Positions 27,519-38,886 of a stretch of 64,000 bases of DNA are shown here, one piece after another. The stretch is from Nitrososphaeria archaeon. GTDB taxonomy: Archaea; Thermoproteota; Nitrososphaeria; JACIWG01. The stretch is taken from NCBI GenBank assembly GCA_963752255.1, contig CAVVXT010000019.1:320001-384000 (forward strand), written 5' to 3'. Within the stretch, counting starts at the first letter, position 1. Every line of letters starts with the position of its first letter. Both the position numbers and the translations under genes were made by a program. The notes under the pieces were generated by a model. That model saw only the letters and a program-made list of their open reading frames with translations. It ran no database searches and was not told where the DNA came from.

Positions 27519-30383
27519 CTATGTCAGGAGAACTTCCTCCTGATCTTCTTCCTGACTAGCATCTATTATGGCCTGAACAAGTTCGTCGGAGACTGCGCTG
27601 TGCTTTTCCAGTATCGACTCCGCATCGGAAGCAGCCAGTGACCTTTCAGCCAAAACAAAGGTAGCGGTGCCCCCATATTTTTCGATCAGCCTGCTGGAAT
27701 CGATAATTTTCTTGTACGTCCTCCTCAGACTGATCGGCGGTTTCTCTGCTCCACTCCTCATTCTTGAAATCAGCCTTTTGACTCTTTCTTCTTCCTCCTG
27801 CGATACTCCAACCTTCTTCGAGCTGCAGATCGGGCAGCTTATGCCATGCAGAATCTGCTTTACCCTGAAGGTCTCCGAGTATTTCCAGCAGTTCGCACAT
27901 ATGAGAATAAATGCTTCCTCTAGCAGCCTTGCCTTGACGACCTGCGCTATTATATGCCTGAGCTTTTCTGGTGGAACTATTTCAGCCCTTCTGCTTAATT
28001 CTTCGATACCTATCCTCGACACCGGGGTCAGAGTCTCCTCTTTTACAACTTGAACTTGAAGCTCATTTCTCTCTATCATGGCAAGGACAGTTTTGGAGTT
28101 CTCCAGGTCAGTGTTGCTTCTGATCGCGCTTCTGTAGGCTTCCTCTACGACAGCCGTGTCTTTCATGGCTTCGATCAGCCTGTTGATGGAGATATCGCTG
28201 AGATTTGCTTCTTTGGAGATCGCCCCAAACTTTTTGGCAGAGTTCACGAAATTCTTTTTGAAGATCCCTGAACCGAGCATTTGCTTTCTGACTATATTCT
28301 CTAGGTTAACGGTAGCCAGCGTCTTAAGGCCCTCAACTATATCTTCCTGAGACGCCCAAAGAGCTCTTAACACGATCCTGTACGGGTCAACCTGGACCCC
28401 TACGGGATAACCGAACCTGTTGGACAGGAGGTAGGACAGGGCTCTTCCAACCGTTCTGTTCACAAGATGGCCCCAGCAGGTCTGAATTATAAGATACTCC
28501 TTCCACTTTTCTACGGTGATCCTCCTATCAGTGGGAAGTGGGAACCCCTCCTTCAGGTTTTCGTAAACCTCCTTGAGCCCTTTACTGCCTTCCTCTGGAG
28601 ATATTGAATATTCTTTTGAAATCAGATATGATACCTCCTTACTTTCCAGATTTTTCTGACGGTATTCTTCTACCGTTCTTCGAACCTTACCCACTTCCTG
28701 AGCTATCTGGAATGGAACAGGTATTTCTTCGCCCACCCAGAACGGAATCGCCCCGGTCGGGTCTGACTCCGACTTCACGTGCACTTTACTACCGGAGATG
28801 CTTTCAATCTTCCAGAGAGAGCCCCTCAGTATGAACTTCAACCCGACCTCCCCATATTCCGAGACAAAACTCTCGTCTAGGGTCCCCACGGAATCGTTGT
28901 CCGTATCGACTACGAGGTACTGCCTCTCCTCTGGTATCATGGACAGGTTGTTGAAGTAGTAGTTGTAGAGTGCGCTTATCTTCATAGCTTTTCTGAAGTA
29001 CGAGTCTCCCTCCAGTTTCGCTAGCCTCGGCTGTAAATCACTCATATAACGCAGGACCATCAGCAGCTCTTCCCTGGACAGATTTCTGTAAACATACGAC
29101 CTTCTGACGAACTCTAGGGCTTCGTCGATGTACCAAGACGATCTATCTAGCAGCATTCCCGCGAGTTGGTGCGCTAGCACATCCAGGGGTTTATCGATGA
29201 CCTGAGTGCTTTCCAGTATGCCGTTGACGGCCCTCTTCGCTATCACCGCGGACTCAAGGAAGTCGTCTGAGTCTTGGGTTATTATGACGCCCTTAGCTAT
29301 CAACCCTATCTTGTGCCCACTTCTTCCAACCCTCTGAACCAGCCTTGTCACCTGGCGCGGTGAATTATACTGTATGACCAAGTCGAGCCTGCCTACGTCT
29401 ATGCCCATTTCGAGTGAGCTGGTGCAGATGATCCCCTTCAGGGTGCCGTCCTTCAGCTCGTTTTCGGCCTTCACCCGGGAAGCTTTCGATAGTGAACCGT
29501 GATGTACCGCGATCGGAAAACTGTCGTCCCAAACCTTGAACCTGCTTCCCAAGACTTCGTTTTCAACCCTAGTGTTTGTGAAGACCAGCGTTGACTCGTG
29601 CTCTTCGATAAGTTTCCTTATCAGCCTGAGTCTAGCTGCGACTTCGGGGAACATGAACAATTGTGATGCGAGGGCGTAATCTTGGGATTCAGCCTGTGGA
29701 TACTTTACATCGACCTGCAGCAACCTTTCGACCTTTACTTTGATTATCCTGCAGTCCCTCTGTGTGCCCACAAGGAATTTGGCGACCCTGTCAGGGGAAC
29801 CGACTGTTGCTGATAATCCTATTACCTGAAAATCCTTTCCTATGTTCTCTCTGAGCCTCTCCAGGCCTAACGAAAGCTGGGCGCCCCTCTTGTCTTCGGA
29901 TAGTTCCTGGACTTCATCTACTATAACCCACTTAACGTGCCTTAGATGCTCTCCTATCCGCCTTGCTGGAAGGATCGCCTGTAACGTTTCCGGCGTAGTT
30001 ATAAGAATGTCCGGTGGCGCGATGGACTGCTTGGTCCTCTCTCCCACCGGCGTATCCCCGTGTCTTACAGCCAGCTTCAGGTCGAACCTCTTGCACCACC
30101 ATTCAAGCCTTCCAAGAAGATCCCTGTTCAGAGCCCTCAGTGGCGTAACGTAGAGCAGCTTTATACCCGGCGACCTCTCTAAGCCTATCATCGTGCTCAG
30201 AATGGGGAGAAAGGCTGCCTCCGTCTTTCCAGTACCGGTCGGAGCCATCAAGAGGACGTTCTTGCCCTGCAAAATGATGGGGATTGCTTGAACTTGGGGT
30301 TCGGTCGGTGTATCAAAACCGAACTCCTCTATGGCCCTCCTGAGAACTGGGGGGAAAAGTGAGAATGTCTCCGACATCGTCAA
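27519..30383 (-). CDS. lhr: Lhr-family SF2 helicase with C-terminal Zn finger
   Basis: APTGTGKT, TPLRALNRD, TTPETL, DEVQ..KRG, LSAT, SSLEMGID, QRVGRSGH, PFWVGE, CANC..CPIC. The last residues may be frameshifted. Confidence 0.93.
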   Translation of the reverse strand: MTMSETFSLFPPVLRRAIEEFGFDTPTEPQVQAIPIILQGKNVLLMAPTGTGKTEAAFLPILSTMIGLERSPGIKLLYVTPLRALNRDLLGRLEWWCKRFDLKLAVRHGDTPVGERTKQSIAPPDILITTPETLQAILPARRIGEHLRHVKWVIVDEVQELSEDKRGAQLSLGLERLRENIGKDFQVIGLSATVGSPDRVAKFLVGTQRDCRIIKVKVERLLQVDVKYPQAESQDYALASQLFMFPEVAARLRLIRKLIEEHESTLVFTNTRVENEVLGSRFKVWDDSFPIAVHHGSLSKASRVKAENELKDGTLKGIICTSSLEMGIDVGRLDLVIQYNSPRQVTRLVQRVGRSGHKIGLIAKGVIITQDSDDFLESAVIAKRAVNGILESTQVIDKPLDVLAHQLAGMLLDRSSWYIDEALEFVRRSYVYRNLSREELLMVLRYMSDLQPRLAKLEGDSYFRKAMKISALYNYYFNNLSMIPEERQYLVVDTDNDSVGTLDESFVSEYGEVGLKFILRGSLWKIESISGSKVHVKSESDPTGAIPFWVGEEIPVPFQIAQEVGKVRRTVEEYRQKNLESKEVSYLISKEYSISPEEGSKGLKEVYENLKEGFPLPTDRRITVEKWKEYLIIQTCWGHLVNRTVGRALSYLLSNRFGYPVGVQVDPYRIVLRALWASQEDIVEGLKTLATVNLENIVRKQMLGSGIFKKNFVNSAKKFGAISKEANLSDISINRLIEAMKDTAVVEEAYRSAIRSNTDLENSKTVLAMIERNELQVQVVKEETLTPVSRIGIEELSRRAEIVPPEKLRHIIAQVVKARLLEEAFILICANCWKYSETFRVKQILHGISCPICSSKKVGVSQEEEERVKRLISRMRSGAEKPPISLRRTYKKIIDSSRLIEKYGGTATFVLAERSLAASDAESILEKHSAVSDELVQAIIDASQEEDQEEVLLT

Positions 30384-30479
30384 TCGATAATATTATAGCC
30401 TTAATTAAATGAATTTGCTGTTTAAAAGCAAAGCGGCCCCGTGATGCTTACTCGTTAAGGTGATAACTCCTACCAACTT

Positions 30480-31067
30480 TCACTCAGAAGCCTGTTTAGA
30501 CTTCAATCTTGCCTTGACCATTTCAGTGTTCAAATAATCTGCTGGATCGAATGGACAGACCTTTATTAGGCGAATATCTTCTGGAAAATCCAGCTTACGC
30601 CTGGAGTCGATAAGTAACAGGCCGACTTCCCCTTCGCCCAAAGCTTGGGTTATGCGATTCGAAAGGTCTTGATTTCTTTCTTTAAGGCTCTGTTCGTAGA
30701 GCTCCAACAGAGTATCGTTTGGCGATTCCCTAATCATGTTCAGCCAAGACTCTGTTTCACCTACTAAGATCGGATCCTCTGTAAGCTTTAGCTCTGCGCC
30801 TTCCTGAAGAAGGTTAACCAGTAGGGCGTAGCCCACTTCATCGTCTTTGCTAACTGCCTTTAGGGCCTCCCTCGTATCCTTTGATAGTGACTCTCGGAAG
30901 ACCTTTTGTATACGACCTCTAAAGACTTTCAACTTATCTGCAATATAGCTCCAGAACTCTTCTGATTTGGCATTGTAATCGTCAGGCACAAAAGACAAGG
31001 CTTCGATAAACTCGCTCTTTGTGAACATTCTAGGGACAATTATCAGTGTGGAGCGCATGCTCGTCAA
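30480..31067 (-). CDS. Hypothetical protein
   Basis: 195-aa ORF, protein-like composition. Confidence 0.75.
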   Translation of the reverse strand: MTSMRSTLIIVPRMFTKSEFIEALSFVPDDYNAKSEEFWSYIADKLKVFRGRIQKVFRESLSKDTREALKAVSKDDEVGYALLVNLLQEGAELKLTEDPILVGETESWLNMIRESPNDTLLELYEQSLKERNQDLSNRITQALGEGEVGLLLIDSRRKLDFPEDIRLIKVCPFDPADYLNTEMVKARLKSKQASE

Positions 31068-31561
31068 TCATATGGGAGGTTGATAGATTACTATTATGTT
31101 TTTAAAACCCTGCTAAAGGTTTTTGCGGTTCAGCTGAGTCTTAGGCGATTATTTTATCTGTTAACTGTAAGGTGACGACTTTTCTAAGATTTTGTAGTCA
31201 TTATTTATTTAAACCCAAAATGGAATTGGTATAGCTTTATACAATTAAATATCGTATATGGGAAAGGAGTCTCTAAACATTACTGGATTTCTTCCAGTGT
31301 CTATAGCAATCGCGGGGAAGAAGTAAAGTACTTCTTGCTTTACTGCAGTATGTTTCTATTGACTCCCCTCTTTTTTTCTTTTTAGAACCACTATGCTGAA
31401 TATAGCTGCAGCTAACGCTATGACAGCTGTAATGACTAATTTGTCCTGTTATATACCCAACGCAAGTTGATCAGGCTCAAATCTCTTCATTACTTACCCC
31501 AATAAGAAGTGCCAGACTCAACAAAAAATTATATGCCTAGATACTTATCTTCATTACAAGG

Positions 31562-31780
31562 GTGAAAGTCGAAATGAAAAATTACCTAGAGAACGAAGGT
31601 CCGAGTGACGTTCTTACTGGAAAAAACTCTGTTCTGTTGCTTATCGACCATCAAGTTGGACTAATGCAACTTGTTAGAGACATGCTCCCCGAAGAGTTCA
31701 GGAATAACGTTTTGGGCATAGCGAAAACCGCGAAGCTCTTCAAAATACCAGTTGTTTTGAAGACGTTAAATCATATTTAA
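31562..31780 (+). pseudogene. Truncated isochorismatase/YcaC-family hydrolase
   Basis: SVLLLIDHQVGL..NNVLGIAKTAKLFKIPVV, then stops; catalytic C-terminal half absent. Confidence 0.75.
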
Positions 31781-31863
31781 GAGGATATTTAACAATTATA
31801 ATTTCAATATCTTCTACGCTAACATCAACTCGTATTCGCAAAATCATGGCGCATAATGGTAAT

Positions 31864-33253
31864 TTATTTGTGCTTCAAAGAGAAGTATGTTTCCTGCATC
31901 TTCCGTAACTGTAAAAGAACTGAATCTCCCAATTCAACATCATCATAGGTTATTAAATAATCTTCAGGCAGTTCCTTCTTTAATTTAGCTCCTGCAGCAA
32001 GGCCTAGAGGAAGAAGGTTTTGCGCCCTAGCCGTTTCAGCTTTTACCATATAGCCGTATACTGTATATCCTCCGCCAGCTGCGTCAATAGTTGTTCCCTT
32101 TTCCAGTTTCTTCTTAGCTGCACAGACAGCTTCTGAATATACACCTATTGGTGCACCCGTTGGTTCGCGATAGAGAGCTACCTTAGCGATTGAGAGAGGA
32201 GCTTCCATACCAATCAGGTGGACGTACCTGTAGAGTAGAGCGTTTCCACTCTTTTTACCCATAATCGCACCATAATGTTTCAGGCATTCTTGAAGGTAAT
32301 CATTAGGTGCTCTGAAGACGAGGAATATGCCATTCGTTATCTCTTCTTCAACAACTCCTCCGTTCGGATAATATGAAGTTATGGTCTCTACTACGTTATC
32401 GTTCTCCAACACACCTCCTGAAGATCTTAAACTCATAACGTCAGCCTAGATCTTTGAGGCCCGCAGTAGCAAAATGCATTCCGTCAACATCAGGCAAAAG
32501 CCCAGTGGCATTAGAGACCGCAGTACATTCAACAGCTGGCTTTGTGCCGTCAAGGAACGAATTGTACATTACAGCGTTGAGTTCATGGCCAAAGGAATCT
32601 TTGAACTTCTTATAATATTCACTGAACCAGCCAGGTCCTTCGATGATGTCTTTAGGGGTCTTCCTCCTATTCTCTGGCATGTACCTAGAACCTCTTCCTG
32701 CAGCAACAATTTCGAATCCTAACGTCTTAGCCCAATCATAGAGGTCAATTATTATCGCCGGCTGATCGCCATAAATTAGGCTGTAAACCGCCCCCGCGTT
32801 GTCAGCCAAACGTTTCAAGATTGGCCCTACTACCGCGTCTGTCTCAACATTTATCATTACGATATCCTTTTTATTCATTATAGCTTTGAAAGCGTGATTC
32901 GCTCCAGCAATAGAGCTACCTGTAGCTTCCAGAACAACATCTACATTGCTACTGATCAAGATATCGCTGTCTAAAGTTATGGCAGGACGCCCATTTTCGA
33001 TAGCCTCGTTAGCCTGTTCTATGCTTTCTACTACAGTCACCCTGTTACGTGAAGTTCCACCAAATTCGTAGGCCTTGTAAGCCTTTTCAAGTACCTTTTC
33101 AGCTATCAACGAAAGACGCATTCCAGGAATGGTTGAAACCTTGGAGACAACCTGGGAACCGAACATTCCGGCGCCGATCAGACCTATTTTGATCGGCTCA
33201 CCCGACCTCTCTAGAGCAAGTAATTTTTCATGCAAAACAATGCACTTTTTCAC
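31864..33253 (-). CDS. Homoserine-dehydrogenase-like NAD(P) oxidoreductase with C-terminal SAF domain, frameshift ~32440
   Basis: IGLIGAGMFG, NVETDAVVGP, GDQP, NSFLDGTK, AKKKLEKG..GGYTVYG, LLPLGLA..ITYDDV. Confidence 0.88.
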
Positions 33254-33424
33254 CTATCTAGCACAACGTTCACTATTATTCTTTTCTAAAAGTATGTATG
33301 TAAGAATGTAATCATTTTTTCATTTTCAAAAAATTAACGTATACAGGGCTTAAATCATAGATTTTAGAAAAAATATATCGACCGCTTAAATACTAATAGA
33401 AAAATATTATCAATTAGAAAGTGA

Positions 33425-34492
33425 ATGTCTACAGGATTATCTTTTAATGAACTCGCAAAGGTTGCAAAACTTGAGTCACGTTCAATCTCAGCAGAAAACA
33501 TATTTGGAGAGAAAGGTAAAGGAGGTATGACAGCAAGCCCATTAGGCGTTGGCCGGAAGGGAAGCGCTTGGATATGGTTAAAGGCAGGTGAAACAAAAAC
33601 TTTGGGTGAAATACAGGGACCAGGTTGCATAAGGCATATCTGGATCACGTTTAATCAGGATCCGAGCTTTCTAAGAGAAACACTCCTTCGCATGTATTGG
33701 GACGATCTTCCTTACCCAAGTGTTGAATGTCCTTTAGGTGACTTCTTTGGAATTGCGCATGGAAGAACAGTGCCATATGCTTCCCTCTTGACAGCTATCG
33801 TTGAAGGCCGTGGCTTTAATACTTGGATACCTATGCCCTTTAACTCAGCTCGTATAGAGATAGCTAATGAATCATCTATAGACAATAAACTCTTCTATCA
33901 AATCGACTATACTTTAGGTGATAAGGTCGATGATATGGGCAGGTTATGCTGCACCTTTAGGCGGGAAAATCCGACTGTTTTAGGGAGGGATTTTACAATT
34001 TTGGAAAAGGTGAGTGGAGAAGGCCGTTTTATTGGAGACGTAGTTGGCGTCAGAACGTTAGCTGGTGAATGGTGGGGCGAAGGTGAAGTTAAAATATACA
34101 TTGATGGAGACACAAGTTATCCAACTATATGTGGAACTGGAACAGAGGACTATATTGGGTCGGCTTGGGAGGTCGGTCCTCACGCCAACATATATCAGGG
34201 ATGCCCACTTTGCAGACAGGACCTTATTTCCTTCTACCGATGGCATGTACTTGACCCAATATACTTCCATAAGGATATTAGGATCACTATCCAGCAGATA
34301 GGCTTCCGTCGAAAAGAGAAGACTCTCTTCGAAAGAGTTGATGATTGGTCAGCAGCTGCCTTCTTTTATCTTATGCGACCGACGAAGCTTCCTAAAGTGC
34401 CCAATCTCGAAAAAAGGGTTTCCAACATTATTGAAATGAGAGAAGGCGATCGTCAACGTCTACACAATAAACTATTTGTATCTAGGAGTTGA
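33425..34492 (+). CDS. DUF2961 / GH172-family glycoside hydrolase
   Basis: SRSISAEN, GPGCIRHIW, PSVECPLGDFFG, WWGEGE, GTGTEDY, YRWHVLDPIYF. Confidence 0.9.
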   Translation: MSTGLSFNELAKVAKLESRSISAENIFGEKGKGGMTASPLGVGRKGSAWIWLKAGETKTLGEIQGPGCIRHIWITFNQDPSFLRETLLRMYWDDLPYPSVECPLGDFFGIAHGRTVPYASLLTAIVEGRGFNTWIPMPFNSARIEIANESSIDNKLFYQIDYTLGDKVDDMGRLCCTFRRENPTVLGRDFTILEKVSGEGRFIGDVVGVRTLAGEWWGEGEVKIYIDGDTSYPTICGTGTEDYIGSAWEVGPHANIYQGCPLCRQDLISFYRWHVLDPIYFHKDIRITIQQIGFRRKEKTLFERVDDWSAAAFFYLMRPTKLPKVPNLEKRVSNIIEMREGDRQRLHNKLFVSRS

Positions 34493-34531
34493 AATGCGAT
34501 GTTATCTGACGCAATATTTCTCTAACATGTT

Positions 34532-35788
34532 TTAAACCGTTACTGACCCTGCTATTTCTTCGAATTTCTTTTTGAGCGAGAACTGATAGCTTGCTGGCCT
34601 AGCATAGCCGAGCTTCAGCATAGTTTTATTGACAAATATCTTATTCCTTAGGTAGACGTAGGCATAAGCTATACCATTATCAATTTTCTGTGGCTTATCA
34701 AACTTTAAGAACACCCTCTTTGCTCTAACGTACCTGTCTAAGTATTCTTTGGCATTTTTCTCTTTTACAGGGTTCACCTCAATACCAAGCAATCTGATCG
34801 TAAGGCCGTTATCAAGCTGTAAAGAGTCCTTGTTTAGAACTTCAACGACCCTGTAAAGCTTTTCTTTTACTAGTTTGAGGGATTTAGGCTCTATTAGGGG
34901 CCTCGCATTTTGTATTGTGGGAACGTAATCAATCTTGTCTAGGACAATGTCCTTAGTCCTCCTCTGGAAATCGAACTTCACATCGAAGTCGAGGTGAGCT
35001 ACTCCCACACCAATCTTCTCTTTTACCATCTCAAGATACGTTTCGTTTATTTCATAACCTATCGCGTTACGTCCTAAGCCTATTGCTGCCTTAACTGTCG
35101 TACCGCTTCCCAAGAAAGGATCGAGGACGGTGTCGCCTACAAAGGTAAACATCTTTATCAGCCTCTTCGGCAGCTCTTCAGGAAACATCGCCTCATGGTT
35201 TATCTGTCTTTCCCCTGCGAAATACCAGTGGCCTGAAAAATATTCTTTCCATTCCTCCTTGCTCAATTTCGAAAATTCCTTTGATTGTTTGGGCACTTTT
35301 TTCTGCCCAGGCTTCTTGAAGACCAAGATAAACTCGTAGTCTATTTCAATCAGGCCGTTGTCAGGGTACGGATAAGAGCCCATTACTGTTGCACCTCCTG
35401 TCGTATGCATCGTAGTCTTCTTCTGCCAGATTATGGATCCCATGTAGTCGAACCCGAGCTTCTCACACTGTCCGATAAACTCGGAGTGCAAGGGAGCGAT
35501 TCTGTAGCGTCCATAAACAGCACTCCTGAGAAACTGGTCTCCAATATTTATGCACAGTCTTGTGCCAGGTTTTAGAACTCGAAAACACTCCTTCCAAACA
35601 AGGAATATATTTTCTAAATATTGGTGCAGGCTCTGATTGTAGCCTATCTGGTTCTCGGCACCATAATCCTTTATTTGCCAGTAGGGTGGTGAGGTAACAA
35701 TTAAATCTACTGTCGAATCTCCAACTTCTATCATCTTTCTGCTATCGCCGATTATTACCTTAGCAAATCTTTCTTCCATTTCTTCCAT
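34532..35788 (-). CDS. Beta-class amino-DNA methyltransferase (m4C/m6A) fused to a C-terminal thermonuclease-like domain
   Basis: TSPPY precedes DPFLGSGTT; HEAMFPEELP; C-terminal IRLLGIE..AYVYL..FVNKTMLKLGYA (SNase-like). Confidence 0.9.
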   Translation of the reverse strand: MEEMEERFAKVIIGDSRKMIEVGDSTVDLIVTSPPYWQIKDYGAENQIGYNQSLHQYLENIFLVWKECFRVLKPGTRLCINIGDQFLRSAVYGRYRIAPLHSEFIGQCEKLGFDYMGSIIWQKKTTMHTTGGATVMGSYPYPDNGLIEIDYEFILVFKKPGQKKVPKQSKEFSKLSKEEWKEYFSGHWYFAGERQINHEAMFPEELPKRLIKMFTFVGDTVLDPFLGSGTTVKAAIGLGRNAIGYEINETYLEMVKEKIGVGVAHLDFDVKFDFQRRTKDIVLDKIDYVPTIQNARPLIEPKSLKLVKEKLYRVVEVLNKDSLQLDNGLTIRLLGIEVNPVKEKNAKEYLDRYVRAKRVFLKFDKPQKIDNGIAYAYVYLRNKIFVNKTMLKLGYARPASYQFSLKKKFEEIAGSVTV

Positions 35789-35879
35789 TCTTTCTAAATT
35801 ATAGCCTAATTATTAATAAACATAAAATTTGACCTTCATTTTGTATAGCTTATATAAATGGTCATAATCTTCCTTGCCG

Positions 35880-36170
35880 TTATCGTTGCCCGCCATACAT
35901 GTGTAACCAGAACATCCACATTAAGCCTATCAGCAGACCGGTGATTATCAGCGAGACGATTGTCACAATGACGTCCTGGAACAGATTGAAACCATTAGAC
36001 AAGAAGAGCGCGAAAAGCAGGATAAAGAGGGCCCAAGCGACAATACCGAGGATCGAACCAACTACGAGTGCGAAGGGACCTCCGTACTTCCATGATTGTT
36101 GGCTCTGCCGAAGGCGTCTTGAGCCCATAATGCAATGACTTTGAAGGGGTTGAAATTTGTGGCTTGACAT
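35880..36170 (-). CDS. Small two-TM membrane protein
   Basis: Two hydrophobic helices; exact start uncertain. Confidence 0.6.
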   Translation of the reverse strand: MSSHKFQPLQSHCIMGSRRLRQSQQSWKYGGPFALVVGSILGIVAWALFILLFALFLSNGFNLFQDVIVTIVSLIITGLLIGLMWMFWLHMYGGQR

Positions 36171-36523
36171 ATCTGTCTGTTTGTTTTCTTTTGATATTTA
36201 AGCTTGCGACTTTTTCCAAAACTAGGTCAACGTTCCTCTAAATTCTGGGCAGCATGGATGATAAGAAACTAACTAATTGATACCGGAAAACCAAGGGTGA
36301 CCTATTGAAGCGTTTCCCTAGAAACCCGTAGCTTGGAACCATATTTAATTTGGTCTTCATAGCCTTAACGAAAAAAACGCTACCGTTTATTTATAAAATT
36401 GACGGCATGTTTCGCATCAACCGCACGTGGCCATTTTATCGATAAGCAAAGCGATATACAGAATTTGGTAATTTGTGTGAATATCAATGCACTTATAAGA
36501 GTTGTCAGAGTCATTCAGATCGA

Positions 36524-37622
36524 CTAGTGAACAATTTCCACCCCTATCACGTTCTTTTCCTTTTCAATTAACATCATCATAGCTTCGTCCGCCATGTCCT
36601 CTGGGAGCTTATGGGTTATCCACTTTGATACATGCACTTTACCTTGACCGATCATCATAATTGCTTCATCAACATCTTTCCTTATGCTGATCCCCCATTC
36701 TGCAACTATCCTGCCAGCTTTATGCATCAGATCTGAAACGTTGATCGTCAATTTAGGATCTTCGAAAAGGCCCATAAGGCAGTAGGTTCCAGAGCCTCCT
36801 ATTTCGGTCTTCAGCATGTCAAGCCCCCTTTTTGTTACCTCAGCGTTACCGACTGTGTCGTAGACAAAATCAACACCTGATCCACCGGAAAGTTCCAGGA
36901 CCTTTCTAACAGCATCTTCTTTTACTGGGTCTATGACGTAATCGGCGCCTAGTTCATAAGCCATCTTTGCTCGATAGCTAAAAGGCTCTGAGACGATTAA
37001 TGGATGGATTCCAGCGGCCTTTGCGATCTCTAAGGCACGCAGTCCGATAGGCCCTGCCCCTAGAATGACTGCGGAATCACCGACTTTAGCTCCGGACCTT
37101 CTGACAACGCCAATAACATATGCCTAGGTCTGTGATTGTGGCAGCTTCATAATATGAGACGTTATCTGGAAGCTTATAGGCAGAACCCTCATGCCCTATT
37201 GTGTAAGAACCGAACCCGCTTGGGAAGCGTGCGACACTCTTCCCTCCTATATGGAAACTAGTTGGAACATGGGGGTTAAGGCACTTCGAGGTTTCGCCTC
37301 TTACACAGTTAAAGCATTGGCCGCATGCTATCGGATCCGACCCGCTGCCTAGGACGTAGACCCTATCCCCCACCTTCAAACCTGTCACTTCACTTCCTGT
37401 TTCAACAACCTCAGCAGCTACTTCGTGCCCACAGCACGCTGGAAGTGGTGCGAAAGGATGCAGGCCTTTGTAAACGTGGAGATCGCTTCCGCATATTAAA
37501 CAGGCCCTGATCCGAAAAATGGATTCATGAGGTGCAGGGCCTGGTAGTTTAACATCGAACCAAGTGAACTTGAATGGCTCGATTACGATTGGTGACCTGA
37601 ATGTTATGCCCATATCAATCAT
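36524..37622 (-). CDS. Zn-dependent alcohol dehydrogenase, frameshift ~37115
   Basis: CLICGSD, GHE, CGQCFNC..C; intervening frame ILGAGPIG; GADYVID. Confidence 0.88.
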
Positions 37623-37686
37623 TTACATCCTATAGCGTTCTATATCTGTATTTGTTCTGAACCGTCAAAGGACGGTAGATACTTTT

Positions 37687-38106
37687 TTATTGTCCATTCC
37701 ATCGATATTTCTGTTTCTTGTTTCTTAGCTTTTCTAGGTCGCAGCTGAAACAGAGACCGTTATGGCAGCAGATCAGTCCCTCACAGTTTGGACACTTCCA
37801 TAATTTCTCCTGTTCCTTAAGGAATTTCTTCATTCCGAATTCTCTGATGAACCGCAGGTTTTCTATCATGCTCATTCTGTAACGGGACCTGTACCTTTCG
37901 TCAATGGTTTTTAATCTGTTACATGGGAAGGTTTCGCACTCAAAACAGAAGGTTACTTCGCCCTCAGATAGCTTGGAGCACTGCTTCTTCAAAAAGGCAC
38001 ACTTTTTGTTCCTCGGCCTGCAGCCTGCGCAACGGACCGTTCTAATCCCTTTGCCCTTTAGATCATTCTTTAGAGCCAAATAGCCTGCACAGAGTGCACA
38101 GTTCAT
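37687..38106 (-). CDS. DUF3795 Cys-rich protein
   Basis: IAPCGMNCALC, CAGCR, FCFECETFPC, MSMIENL, WKCPNC..CCHNGLC. Confidence 0.85.
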   Translation of the reverse strand: MNCALCAGYLALKNDLKGKGIRTVRCAGCRPRNKKCAFLKKQCSKLSEGEVTFCFECETFPCNRLKTIDERYRSRYRMSMIENLRFIREFGMKKFLKEQEKLWKCPNCEGLICCHNGLCFSCDLEKLRNKKQKYRWNGQ

Positions 38107-38170
38107 CCCACAAGGCGCAATTAGCGCATAGTCTACCGTCAGCCCTTATCACTCCGCACCAATCTAAAAT

Positions 38171-38704
38171 CTAATCTTTCTTGCCAGCATATTTTTCATA
38201 GTGCAGTATTTCATTAAGGGATTTCCGGGACTTAACCCCTGGTCTCTCATCCGGATATCCGAGTGTTAAGAGCGATACTACTCGAAGATGTGCGGGTATT
38301 CCAAGAAGTTCTCTAACCTTCCCTTCATTAAATGCCCCTATCCAGCAGCTGCCTATGCCTAAGTCCCATGAAGTTAGGGCCATATTTTCGATGGCTATAG
38401 CTAGATCTATGAGAAAACCTTCGAAAGGGCCTACTCTAGCGCTTTTCTCAATGTTAGCTAAACATACTACAACCGCCGCAGCCTCGCCGACGAAAGACTG
38501 ATTGTTTGCGACTTCAGCAACCTTACCCTTTATTGTAGGATTTGTCACTAAAATAAACTCCCAAGGCTGTCGGTTGGCAGCGGACTGTGCAAGCCTCGCT
38601 GATTCGATTATATTTAATAGTTCCTGCTGTGGTATAATCTTATCCTTGTAGCTTCTTATACTTCCTCTATTTCTTATCAGGTTCAAAATGTTAGAGTCAG
38701 ACAT
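38171..38704 (-). CDS. Nitroreductase family protein
   Basis: RGSIRSY, SAANRQPWEF, GIGSCWIG, LGYP. Confidence 0.92.
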   Translation of the reverse strand: MSDSNILNLIRNRGSIRSYKDKIIPQQELLNIIESARLAQSAANRQPWEFILVTNPTIKGKVAEVANNQSFVGEAAAVVVCLANIEKSARVGPFEGFLIDLAIAIENMALTSWDLGIGSCWIGAFNEGKVRELLGIPAHLRVVSLLTLGYPDERPGVKSRKSLNEILHYEKYAGKKD

Positions 38705-38886
38705 AGAAATAGTAGGATAGTGCTTGATAATTAAGGATTTCTTATCCTATTGATGTATCTCGAACTTTAAAAACATGCATGGGGATCAAGTAAAGATTTA
38801 AGTAAAAACCAATGCATAGATGAGACAATGTCATCCTCAGGACAGGAAGTACGACTGGGTTTGCTATTACAAAGAGATGAGGCAGT

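Noticed and set aside
27016-30153. Numerous + strand ORFs within lhr and neighbouring genes
   Set aside because: Antisense shadows of well-supported minus-strand genes; the same applies to most short overlapping ORFs in the track
30430-30476. Fluoride riboswitch-like GGTGATAACTCCTACC
   Set aside because: The required 5' GGnGATGGnGTTCnCC half is missing and no fitting downstream gene lies on that strand
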